Shown: positions 49,719 to 57,869 of the stretch, one piece after another
How positions within the stretch are numbered: position 1 is the first letter of the stretch
How the letters are laid out: the number at the start of each line of letters is the position of its first letter
IMG/VR virus record: IMGVR_UViG_3300008113_000108
Coordinates: 1-64,000 of that record
Source of the DNA: a virus
Length of the DNA stretch: 64,000 bases
Reading direction: 5' to 3' (one strand)
The notes under the pieces: model-generated
Told to the model about the DNA's origin: nothing
Database searches by the model: none
What the model saw: the letters and a program-made list of their open reading frames with translations, nothing else
Made by a program: the position numbers and the translations under genes

Positions 49719-51887
49719 ATGTCCGACATCCAACAATCCAAGAGCATTCTTGCAAAGCTTCTTGCGACTGAAAACCTTACTGTGGAACATCGGTCAGTTC
49801 CTACTGCAAGTTTTGACACTCATAATCGTATTCTGACTCTTCCTATTTGGGATAATACTTCTGGTGATGTTTATGACCTTCTTGTAGGTCATGAAGTAGG
49901 TCATGCTATCTACACTCCAGATTTGTATGGTAGTGACTTGAATCTTCCTCAAGGTTATCTGAACGTCGTTGAAGATGCTCGGATTGAGAAGTTGATGAAG
50001 CGTAAGTATCCTGGTCTTGCTCGGTCTTTCTACCGTGGTTATTCTGAACTGAATGATCAAGACTTTTTTGAAATTGATGATATTGACGTAAATACTCTGA
50101 AGTTTATTGACCGAATCAATCTGTATTTTAAACTCGGCAACGTAAATACTGGTTCATTTATTGATTTTTCTGCCGAAGAAAAACCATTCGTAACTAAAAT
50201 TGCAGCTGCAGAAACCTTTGAAGATGTTGTAAATATCGTCAAAGAACTTGTTGAGCATACTCAGCATGAAACTGAAATGCAGGTTCAAGTCACTCTTCAG
50301 GATAGTGATAATTCTGATGGGGAATCCGAACAAATGGATTCGCAACCTAATGAATCATCTGATAGTCAAGTAACTGAAAATCAGAGCAATCAATCTCCAA
50401 ATTCAAATTCAGACAAGAAAGAAGATCTTCCTAAAGATTCTTCCGATTCTTCTACAAAGAGTGCTGGCAAAGAACAAGATCTTAGCTCCAAGACTGATGA
50501 AGCTTGGGCTAAAAATCAAAAGCAACTTGCTACGATTAATAACAACAACTACATCTATCTAACTCCTCCAGATATTGATATCAAAAATCACATGATTATT
50601 TGGAAGGATTTTGCTGAAGATCTTCCTGCACTGTTTAAAAAGATTATTGATGATGCTTCTTATAGTGGATATCATGGAAAAGATTACTACAAATCTACTT
50701 TTTCAAGGGCAGCATCTGAGTACAAAAAGTATAAAGATGATTGCAAAAAATCTGTTTCATATCTCATCAAAGAGTTTGAAATGAAGAAGCGAGCAACCGA
50801 ATATAATCGGTCTGCTACTGCAGGAACTGGAATTCTAGACACCAATAAGATGCATTCCTATAAGTGGAATGATGACATCTTCAAGAAAGTTACTGTAGTT
50901 CCTAAGGGCAAATCTCATGGTCTGATCATGTATGTTGATTGGTCTGGATCTATGCAGGGCAATCTAATTGGTACTCTTAAGCAGTTGTACAATCTAATTC
51001 AATTCTGCAAGAAAGTTCAGGTTCCTTTTGAAGTGTATTCTTTCAATGATAGGAATGTTGCCAAAAATTATGCTTCAATGTCTAGGAGTAACAAATACAA
51101 AGTTGAGCCAAATCAAATCGTTATTCAAGAAGATTTTCTGCTAGTAAATTTCTTCAGCAGCAAAATGAATACTTCTCAACTAGAGAAGCAAATGGAAAAC
51201 GTTTGGAAACTGGCATACGTTCTAGATGGTCGTGGCTATCTTCCCTATGAGTATGGTCATTATGACCTTGGAAGTACACCACTAAATGAATGTATTTTTG
51301 CAGCCATTCCTATCTTTCATCAGTTTACTAAGACCTACAAAGTCGATAAAGTAAACACAGTATTTTTGACTGATGGAGAATCCAATTCAGTATCATTCAA
51401 TCGCCCTCCAGCACATTCAACTCAGCGGAATATCGTCCATGCTGGATGGCTGCAGCACAATGATATTCTTTGCCTTCAGGATAAGAAGAATAAAATCACT
51501 ATGATGAACATTACCAAAAATGGTAGTATCGGAGTTACATCTTCATTTGTAGATTATTATCGTCAAATGACTGGTTCTAATGCTGTAGGATTCCGATTGA
51601 TTGATTTTTATGCTGCCAAATCATTCCTCACTCGTCATCTGAAAGATGAATATCCTTCATGGAGCAATGTTTCTGCTGAATGGGCTAAAACTAGGTCTTT
51701 CACTTCTACTTCGATGGGATACAATGAACTTTATTTTATTGAGATTGGAGGATCATCTCCTCAGCCAGATGAAGAAACTCAATCCACTACCGCAACAGGC
51801 AATGTAGCCCTTGCATTTAAAAAGCAAATGAGCAAGAAAGCTTTCAATAAGATCATCTTATCGAAATTCGTTGACCAAATCGCTTGA
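49719..51887 (+). CDS. Metallopeptidase-like plus VWA (CobT-like) protein
   Basis: HEVGH (HExxH) with NVVEDARIE; acidic linker; MIDAS DWSGS, TPL, LTDGES. Confidence 0.85.
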   Translation: MSDIQQSKSILAKLLATENLTVEHRSVPTASFDTHNRILTLPIWDNTSGDVYDLLVGHEVGHAIYTPDLYGSDLNLPQGYLNVVEDARIEKLMKRKYPGLARSFYRGYSELNDQDFFEIDDIDVNTLKFIDRINLYFKLGNVNTGSFIDFSAEEKPFVTKIAAAETFEDVVNIVKELVEHTQHETEMQVQVTLQDSDNSDGESEQMDSQPNESSDSQVTENQSNQSPNSNSDKKEDLPKDSSDSSTKSAGKEQDLSSKTDEAWAKNQKQLATINNNNYIYLTPPDIDIKNHMIIWKDFAEDLPALFKKIIDDASYSGYHGKDYYKSTFSRAASEYKKYKDDCKKSVSYLIKEFEMKKRATEYNRSATAGTGILDTNKMHSYKWNDDIFKKVTVVPKGKSHGLIMYVDWSGSMQGNLIGTLKQLYNLIQFCKKVQVPFEVYSFNDRNVAKNYASMSRSNKYKVEPNQIVIQEDFLLVNFFSSKMNTSQLEKQMENVWKLAYVLDGRGYLPYEYGHYDLGSTPLNECIFAAIPIFHQFTKTYKVDKVNTVFLTDGESNSVSFNRPPAHSTQRNIVHAGWLQHNDILCLQDKKNKITMMNITKNGSIGVTSSFVDYYRQMTGSNAVGFRLIDFYAAKSFLTRHLKDEYPSWSNVSAEWAKTRSFTSTSMGYNELYFIEIGGSSPQPDEETQSTTATGNVALAFKKQMSKKAFNKIILSKFVDQIA

Positions 51888-51912
51888 CTTCCCACCCCCT
51901 TTGCCCTATACT
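51847..51912 (+). promoter_or_regulatory. sigma70 promoter with upstream ATAAG-N5-CTTAT box
   Basis: Box 51847-51861; TTGACT 51884-51889; 17 bp; TATACT 51907-51912. Confidence 0.75.
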
Positions 51913-51941
51913 ACTTTCATACCAAACGAGGTAACTTCATT

Positions 51942-53054
51942 ATGACTCAACTGAACGACCAACTGATTTCAAATCTCACTGCTGTATATGGTGAAACTGT
52001 AACTCGCCAACAACTAATTGAATACGCTGCAAGCTCCAACACTTCTCTTGCAGCCATCTGCAAATCTCTTGAGCCCCATAAATCTGGTCGTGGAGTTTGG
52101 AATCTGACTGCTGTTGAAACCCTTGAAAAAACTTTTAATTCTATGTCTGCTGCACCTGCGACTCCAGTAATTAGCTTTATTCCTCAGAAGGATAAGAACT
52201 ATGTCTCGTTTGGCAACTTTACTGATGTGAAGCGAATCGTCAAGTCTGGTATGTTTTATCCTGTTTTCATCACTGGTCTCTCAGGTAACGGTAAGACTGT
52301 CAGCGTAGAGCAAGCGTGTGCTCAACTGAAGCGTGAACTGATTCGTGTGAACATCACCATTGAGACCGACGAAGACGATCTGCTGGGCGGTTTCCGTCTT
52401 GTTGATGGAGAGACTGTATGGCATGATGGTCCTGTTGTGAACGCCCTCAAGCGTGGTGCTGTACTTCTTCTCGACGAGATCGACCTTGCCAGCAACAAGA
52501 TCATGTGTCTACAGTCTGTTCTGGAAGGCAAGGGTGTTTTTCTCAAGAAGATCAATCAGTATGTAACTCCTTCTGCAGGGTTCAATGTGATTGCTACTGC
52601 AAACACTAAAGGTAAGGGTTCTGATGATGGTCGCTTTATTGGCACCAACGTTATGAACGAAGCTTTCCTTGAGCGTTTCCCAATCACGTTTGAGCAGCCT
52701 TATCCTTCCATGGCTACTGAGAAAAAGATTCTCATGAACCTCATGAATTCTTTTGAGGTTGTTGATGAGGAGTTTGTAGACAAACTGATTGTCTGGGCAG
52801 ACACCATTCGTAAGACCTTCTATGATGGTGGCGTAGACGAAATTATCACTACTCGTCGTCTGGTTCACATCATCCAGTCATTTGCTATCTTCAAGAACCG
52901 CAAGAAAGCAATCAACGTGTGCATCAATCGTTTTGATGATGACACCAAGAGTTCTTTCCTAGATCTCTACAAGAACATTGATGCTTCTGATCTGGACACT
53001 ACTGAAGAAGCTACCCCAGAAACTACCGAAGAGGTACTTGACATCACCGCTTGA
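51942..53054 (+). CDS. cobS: MoxR/CbbQ-type AAA+ ATPase (cyanophage CobS-like)
   Basis: GLSGNGKT, LLLDEID, ATANTKG, NEAFLERF, TTRRL. Confidence 0.88.
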   Translation: MTQLNDQLISNLTAVYGETVTRQQLIEYAASSNTSLAAICKSLEPHKSGRGVWNLTAVETLEKTFNSMSAAPATPVISFIPQKDKNYVSFGNFTDVKRIVKSGMFYPVFITGLSGNGKTVSVEQACAQLKRELIRVNITIETDEDDLLGGFRLVDGETVWHDGPVVNALKRGAVLLLDEIDLASNKIMCLQSVLEGKGVFLKKINQYVTPSAGFNVIATANTKGKGSDDGRFIGTNVMNEAFLERFPITFEQPYPSMATEKKILMNLMNSFEVVDEEFVDKLIVWADTIRKTFYDGGVDEIITTRRLVHIIQSFAIFKNRKKAINVCINRFDDDTKSSFLDLYKNIDASDLDTTEEATPETTEEVLDITA

Positions 53055-53066
53055 TTGCGGTATACT
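53038..53066 (+). promoter_or_regulatory. sigma70 promoter
   Basis: TTGACA-17 bp-TATACT; adjacent hairpin GGGGAG..CTCCCC plus T run at about 53068-53096. Confidence 0.8.
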
Positions 53067-53108
53067 AAGGGGAGTTCCTCTCCCCATTTTTTATTTGGAG
53101 ACTTAATT

Positions 53109-53417
53109 ATGCAATGGAAGTACAACGAGGAAAAGATCCTCAAAGATATTGAAGAGTATGTAGTCAGCACCTATCATGGTCACTATTGCGGTGATGAAGA
53201 TGGCTACAATGACATTCAAACAATTGATCTGATGGCAGCCAAAGGTCTTGCTGCTCCTTTCTGCCAAGCAAATATTCTCAAGTATGGCAGCCGCTATGGT
53301 GACAAGGATGGTCTTAACAAGCGGGATCTACTCAAAGTGATTCACTATGCTATGCTACTACTTCACTTTGACGCTCATTATTCTCGCACACAAAACGGTC
53401 TTCAAGAATTTAAGTGA
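53109..53417 (+). CDS. DUF3310-like protein
   Basis: HY..QTID..FCQANILKY.SRYG.K.G..DL.K..HY; GGAG SD before ATG 53109. Confidence 0.75.
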   Translation: MQWKYNEEKILKDIEEYVVSTYHGHYCGDEDGYNDIQTIDLMAAKGLAAPFCQANILKYGSRYGDKDGLNKRDLLKVIHYAMLLLHFDAHYSRTQNGLQEFK

Positions 53418-53419
53418 TT

Positions 53420-54088
53420 ATGAAATTTTCCACCGAAACACTAAACGTTCTCAAGAACTTCTCTACCATTAACTCTTCTCTAGTTGTTAAGGCAGGAAGT
53501 GTAATTCGTACAGTTTCTCCAGTAAAGAATATTCTTGCTGAGTATACATGTACTGAAGCTTTTGAACGCAACTTTGCTCTGTATGATTTGAATGAGTTCC
53601 TTGGTGGTCTAACTCTATTCAAGGATCCTGAGTTTATCTTTGACAATGATAGCTTTGTTACTATCAAGAATGGTAGGTCTAAGGTAAAGTATTTCTTCTC
53701 GGATCCAAGTCTGATCACTAGCCCATCCGACAAACAGATTCCTATGGATGGCGAGAACGTAGAATTTGAACTCAGTGAAGAAGTTCTATCTTCGTTGCTA
53801 AAGGCAGCTAGTGTATATCAGCTAAAGGATCTCTCACTCATCAATGAAGATGGTAAGATCAATCTTGTGGTCCGTAACAAGGACAATGATACTTCAAACA
53901 GTTTCTCTGCAAAAGTAGGCGAAACCGATAAGGAGTTTGTTTTCAACTTCAAGATCGAGAACATCAAGATCATTCCTGATGTATACAAAGTTTTAGTTTC
54001 TCCACGTAATATTTCTCAGTTTATTAGTTCCAAATATAATCTTCAGTATTGGATTGCCCTTGAACCTGATTCCACCTTCGGAGGTTGA
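53420..54088 (+). CDS. gp45: Sliding clamp gp45
   Basis: LKNFSTIN, FALYDLNEFL, YWIALEPDS. Confidence 0.95.
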   Translation: MKFSTETLNVLKNFSTINSSLVVKAGSVIRTVSPVKNILAEYTCTEAFERNFALYDLNEFLGGLTLFKDPEFIFDNDSFVTIKNGRSKVKYFFSDPSLITSPSDKQIPMDGENVEFELSEEVLSSLLKAASVYQLKDLSLINEDGKINLVVRNKDNDTSNSFSAKVGETDKEFVFNFKIENIKIIPDVYKVLVSPRNISQFISSKYNLQYWIALEPDSTFGG

Positions 54089-54092
54089 TTAA

Positions 54093-55040
54093 ATGATTCG
54101 TAATGATTTTTTGTGGGTTGAGAAGTACAGACCTCAAAAAGTAAGTGATTGCATTCTTCCTAAGGATATCAAGGAGACATTTGAAAACTTCGTAGAGCGG
54201 GGAGAAATCCCCAATCTACTTTTATGTGGTCCTCCTGGTATTGGTAAGACTACCATCGCTAAAGCACTATGTAATGAATTAGGAGTAGATTTTTATGTCA
54301 TCAACGGGTCTGATGAAGGACGATTTTTGGACACGGTACGGAACCAAGCAAAAAACTTTGCTTCGACCCTATCACTTCAAGGAACTGGTAAACACAAAGT
54401 CATCATCATTGATGAGGCAGATAACACAACCAACGACGTTCAACTCCTCCTACGGGCAAATATTGAGACGTTTCATAGCAACTGCCGATTCATCTTTACC
54501 TGCAATTACAGGAATAAGATCATTGAGCCCCTACAAAGTAGATGTGCAGTATTCGATTTCAATATCACAGGCAAAGACAAGCCAAAAGTCGCAGCAGAAT
54601 TCTTCCAGCGTATCAGGTCTATTCTTGAGGAAGAAAGTGTACAGTATGATGAAAGGGTTGTTGCAGAGGTAATCAATAAGTTTTTCCCCGATTGGCGTCG
54701 TGTTTTAAATGAACTCCAACGTTATAGTTCTGGTGGAGTAATTGACACAGGGATGCTGGCATCTGTATCAGATGTAAATATCAAAGATCTGATGCGATCT
54801 CTCAAAGAAAAGAACTTTGCTAATGTTCGTAAATGGGTTGTTGAAAATTTGGATAATGATGTGAACGCAATTATTCGTAAAATTTACACCGCAATGTACG
54901 AATCATTAGAGTCTCAATCAATACCACAGGCTGTTTTGATTTTTGCTAAATACCAATATCAAGCTGCCTTTGTTGCAGATCAAGAGATTAATACTCTGGC
55001 TTGCTTTACTGAACTGATGTGTGATTGTAAATTCAAATGA
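54093..55040 (+). CDS. gp44: Clamp loader large subunit gp44
   Basis: LWVEKYRP, GPPGIGKT, IIDEAD, SRC. Confidence 0.96.
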   Translation: MIRNDFLWVEKYRPQKVSDCILPKDIKETFENFVERGEIPNLLLCGPPGIGKTTIAKALCNELGVDFYVINGSDEGRFLDTVRNQAKNFASTLSLQGTGKHKVIIIDEADNTTNDVQLLLRANIETFHSNCRFIFTCNYRNKIIEPLQSRCAVFDFNITGKDKPKVAAEFFQRIRSILEEESVQYDERVVAEVINKFFPDWRRVLNELQRYSSGGVIDTGMLASVSDVNIKDLMRSLKEKNFANVRKWVVENLDNDVNAIIRKIYTAMYESLESQSIPQAVLIFAKYQYQAAFVADQEINTLACFTELMCDCKFK

Positions 55041-55324
55041 ACGTAAAACTTATTCGTATGTCCTCTGGTGAGGACTTAATTGCTAATGTAGTCAAACAAA
55101 ACTTTGATGTAATTGTTGTCGAGAATGCAATTGTTGGAGTTCCTACTGGACAGGGAACACTTGGATTTGCTCCATGGTCTCCGATGATTAGCAAAGCACA
55201 AACTGAAATCACTGTAGATAGAAAGTTTGTGGTATATATTGCTGAAGCTGATGAAGGTATTGTAGATCAATACACTCAGATGTATAGTAATATCATTACT
55301 CCAGATAAAAAAATTATTGTGTGA
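55037..55324 (+). CDS. Hypothetical protein (Sm-like fold candidate)
   Basis: KLIRMSSGEDLIA..GFAPW; between gp44 and gp62. Confidence 0.75.
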   Translation: MNVKLIRMSSGEDLIANVVKQNFDVIVVENAIVGVPTGQGTLGFAPWSPMISKAQTEITVDRKFVVYIAEADEGIVDQYTQMYSNIITPDKKIIV

Positions 55325-55328
55325 TTTC

Positions 55329-55712
55329 GTGGCAGAACTTAAAGATTATCTAAACTCCATCAATTTGTCAAAGCAAAATTTGATGGATTCTGATGAAGAA
55401 TCTGAAAGACAATATCCTCCATACATTGTCAACAGATGCTATTCTGGGTTTATAGATACTATACTTCTTGCAAATGAGATGAATTTAAATTCTCATATTG
55501 ACAAGAAGTTGCAATATGATTTTTATATAAATACTATCAGACCAAAGAAACGTTTCTCTCCTTGGCTAAAGAAAGAGAAATTAGATTCTCTGGAATGCGT
55601 CAAAGAATATTATGGGTATAGTGATGAAAAAGCTAAAACCGCTTTAAAAATTTTAACAGACGAACAACTTGAATTTATCAAATCTAAATTGAATCGTGGA
55701 GGAAGAAAATGA
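55329..55712 (+). CDS. gp62: Clamp loader small subunit gp62
   Basis: ELKDYLNSIN, YPPYIVNR, QYDFY, VKEYYGYS; likely GTG start. Confidence 0.92.
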   Translation: MAELKDYLNSINLSKQNLMDSDEESERQYPPYIVNRCYSGFIDTILLANEMNLNSHIDKKLQYDFYINTIRPKKRFSPWLKKEKLDSLECVKEYYGYSDEKAKTALKILTDEQLEFIKSKLNRGGRK

Positions 55713-56131
55713 GCACCGATAGTGAAGTGAGTTGGGCACCAGAACAAATGGTCGAAGTCACTCTAAATGAGCCAGACGACTTTTTGAAAGTAAGAGAAAC
55801 TCTAACTCGTATTGGAGTTGCTTCTAGAAAAGAAAAGAAGCTATATCAATCTTGTCACATTCTGCATAAACAAGGTAGATATTATATCGTACATTTCAAA
55901 GAGCTTTTTGCTCTAGATGGTAAGCGAGCTAATCTATTTTTGAACGACGTTCAAAGGAAGAATCGAATTGCTCAATTACTACAGGACTGGGGACTTGTTA
56001 AGATTGTTAATCAAGATCAAGTAGCCGATGCGGCACCTCTAAGTCAAATCAAAGTTCTATCATTCAAAGACAAGAATGATTGGACTCTAGAATCCAAATA
56101 CAATATTGGAAAGAAAAAACAAGCAGAATAA
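55709..56131 (+). CDS. regA: Translational repressor RegA
   Basis: DDFLKVRETLTRIGVA, LYQSCHILHKQGRYYIVHFKELF. Confidence 0.97.
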   Translation: MSTDSEVSWAPEQMVEVTLNEPDDFLKVRETLTRIGVASRKEKKLYQSCHILHKQGRYYIVHFKELFALDGKRANLFLNDVQRKNRIAQLLQDWGLVKIVNQDQVADAAPLSQIKVLSFKDKNDWTLESKYNIGKKKQAE

Positions 56132-56165
56132 AAAGAAAGGGGGCATTTAGCCCCCTTTTTATTAT
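56131..56165. terminator. Bidirectional terminator
   Basis: AAAGGGGGC-attta-GCCCCCTTT flanked by A and T runs, between convergent genes. Confidence 0.85.
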
Positions 56166-56308
56166 TTCATCGCCATTGCGAGTTGTGCTTGCTTAAGCCT
56201 TTCTTCTTTTTCAATTTGTTGACGAATAACTGTCAACCAGTTAGAAGCGATTTGATTTTTACGAGTTTCGGTGTCGTAATGAGCACCACGATAAGTTGCT
56301 TGTGACAT
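56162..56308 (-). CDS. DUF4278-like small protein (48 aa)
   Basis: Manual translation MSQATYRGAHYDTETRKNQIASNWLTVIRQQIEKEERLKQAQLAMAMK; YRG..Y signature; AAGGAG SD. Confidence 0.85.
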   Translation of the reverse strand: MSQATYRGAHYDTETRKNQIASNWLTVIRQQIEKEERLKQAQLAMAMK

Positions 56309-56340
56309 TAGGGTTCTCCTTAGTTTTTTAGGTTAAAGAG

Positions 56341-56426
56341 CGTTCCTTCAGTCGGCTTTTGCGTCCCATTTGGGATGAACGATCCGTTCCGAGTCGGCTT
56401 ACTTCCGTCGCTATGAGCGATGAACG
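56341..56426 (-). ncRNA. Tandem glnA-type (glutamine-I) riboswitch, two aptamers
   Basis: Minus strand: CGTTCATC-hairpin-GACGGAAGTAAGCCGACTCGGAACG (56426-56385) and CGTTCATC-hairpin-GACGCAAAAGCCGACTGAAGGAACG (56381-56341); TAAATA late promoter just upstream. Confidence 0.85.
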
Positions 56427-56441
56427 TATATCTATTTATTT

Positions 56442-56762
56442 TTAATCTCTTTGTCTCCAGTCGTCAGGTTTATCTTCTGTAAAGAAATCTACAATATCAT
56501 CCACTGTGTCGAATCCACTGATTCCTTTTCTTTCATGACCGATGCCACCAATATCAAGGGCATTTAAAAAGCCATCTAGGCTGTCCTCGGTCATATCTGG
56601 ATTTTCTGCTCGTCTCCTTGCCTGTCTGAGCATTGTGCCTGCTGTTCTATTAGCTGCAGCAAGTTTTTCCGCCCAAATCATATCAGATAATTCTACCGAC
56701 TCTCTGTTTACTATTTTATCACAAATTGCCTGAAGTCTCAGGCGATATTGAGTAGAGAGCAT
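56442..56762 (-). CDS. Cyanophage hypothetical protein
   Basis: MLSTQYRLRL..DMIWAEKLA; fills the gap; minus-strand TAAATA near 56786-56791. Confidence 0.8.
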   Translation of the reverse strand: MLSTQYRLRLQAICDKIVNRESVELSDMIWAEKLAAANRTAGTMLRQARRRAENPDMTEDSLDGFLNALDIGGIGHERKGISGFDTVDDIVDFFTEDKPDDWRQRD

Positions 56763-56899
56763 ACCGTATTGTGCAAATGCAATAATATTTATTTTCGGAA
56801 ATCCGAACTGGACTTTTTGTTGGTTTCATATATATAATTGTGAAGAGATGCCTTCGGGGTCTCTAATAAAAACTCTCGCTTACCAAGGAGATTAAGAAG

Positions 56900-57376
56900 A
56901 TGAAATTCACCACTCAATCACTAGACTCATTTTGGAACGATTACGCTCCACTCGCTGTAGGTCTGGATGAAATGTTTAACCGACTCGATGCTATGCAGCA
57001 TTCGGTAAATGTAAACTATCCTCCCTACAACATCGTCAAGCATGACAACAGTAACTACACAATTGAAGTCGCTCTTGCAGGATTTAAACCAGAAGAGATT
57101 GAAGTCTTTACAGAACAAAACGTTCTCACAATTGCCAGCAAAGTTGAGGAACGAGATACTTCAAGACAGTATGTACACAAAGGTTTATCCAAACGTTCAT
57201 TCACCCGTAAGATTCAACTCTCAGATGAACATCGAGTATCCTCTGTAGGGTTTGAGCATGGACTACTAACTGTAGATATTGAAAGAATCATTCCAGAGCA
57301 CCAGAAGAAAACTACATGGAATATTCCTGGAGTAAAAATAGAGTCACAACTTTTAACAGAAGATTCAAATAAATAG
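56900..57376 (+). CDS. hsp20: Small heat-shock protein Hsp20
   Basis: NYPPYNI, IEVALAGF, HKGLSKRSFTR, FEHGLL. Confidence 0.95.
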   Translation: MKFTTQSLDSFWNDYAPLAVGLDEMFNRLDAMQHSVNVNYPPYNIVKHDNSNYTIEVALAGFKPEEIEVFTEQNVLTIASKVEERDTSRQYVHKGLSKRSFTRKIQLSDEHRVSSVGFEHGLLTVDIERIIPEHQKKTTWNIPGVKIESQLLTEDSNK

Positions 57377-57406
57377 AATTGGGAAATCCCCAAATATCGT
57401 CGGCAC

Positions 57407-57444
57407 AGACCCACCCTGGCAACTATCAGGGATTGGGTCTTTTT
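57407..57444 (+). terminator. Intrinsic terminator after hsp20
   Basis: AGACCCA-CCCTG..CAGGG-TGGGTCT stem followed by T run. Confidence 0.7.
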
Positions 57445-57446
57445 AC

Positions 57447-57475
57447 TTGACAAGCGAGCCTGGGTATGCTACCAT
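57447..57475 (+). promoter_or_regulatory. sigma70 promoter for the polymerase operon
   Basis: TTGACA-17 bp-(TGc)TACCAT. Confidence 0.8.
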
Positions 57476-57503
57476 ACATAGAGATGTTCTCCTGGAGCTT
57501 ACC

Positions 57504-57869
57504 ATGAATATTAAGCTGATTCAACTTATTAACAATGACTATATTATCTGTGAGTACGAAGAACTAGATGAAGAGCCTTCTCTTTACATGAAGAATCCTT
57601 ATCGAGTTGTGGAGCTAACCTATTGGGATTACAACGAAGACGATAAGCATTTTCCTCCAGATAATGCAGTGTTTCTGCAAACAACCGAAGAAAAAAATAT
57701 TAAAGATGAAAAAGAGATTGTTACAGTTCAGAGTGATTATGCTCAATTACTCAAGTATCCACTATTCACCAACGATACAGATATCCTGTTAAATTCTGAT
57801 AGGATCATGACAATTGTTGATCCACTTCCAGAAGTTCTAAACCTTTACGTTCAACTAATTTCTAAATGA
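57504..57869 (+). CDS. Hypothetical protein upstream of gp43
   Basis: GGAG SD then ATG 57504 (MNIKLIQL...); ATGA-coupled to gp43. Confidence 0.75.
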   Translation: MNIKLIQLINNDYIICEYEELDEEPSLYMKNPYRVVELTYWDYNEDDKHFPPDNAVFLQTTEEKNIKDEKEIVTVQSDYAQLLKYPLFTNDTDILLNSDRIMTIVDPLPEVLNLYVQLISK

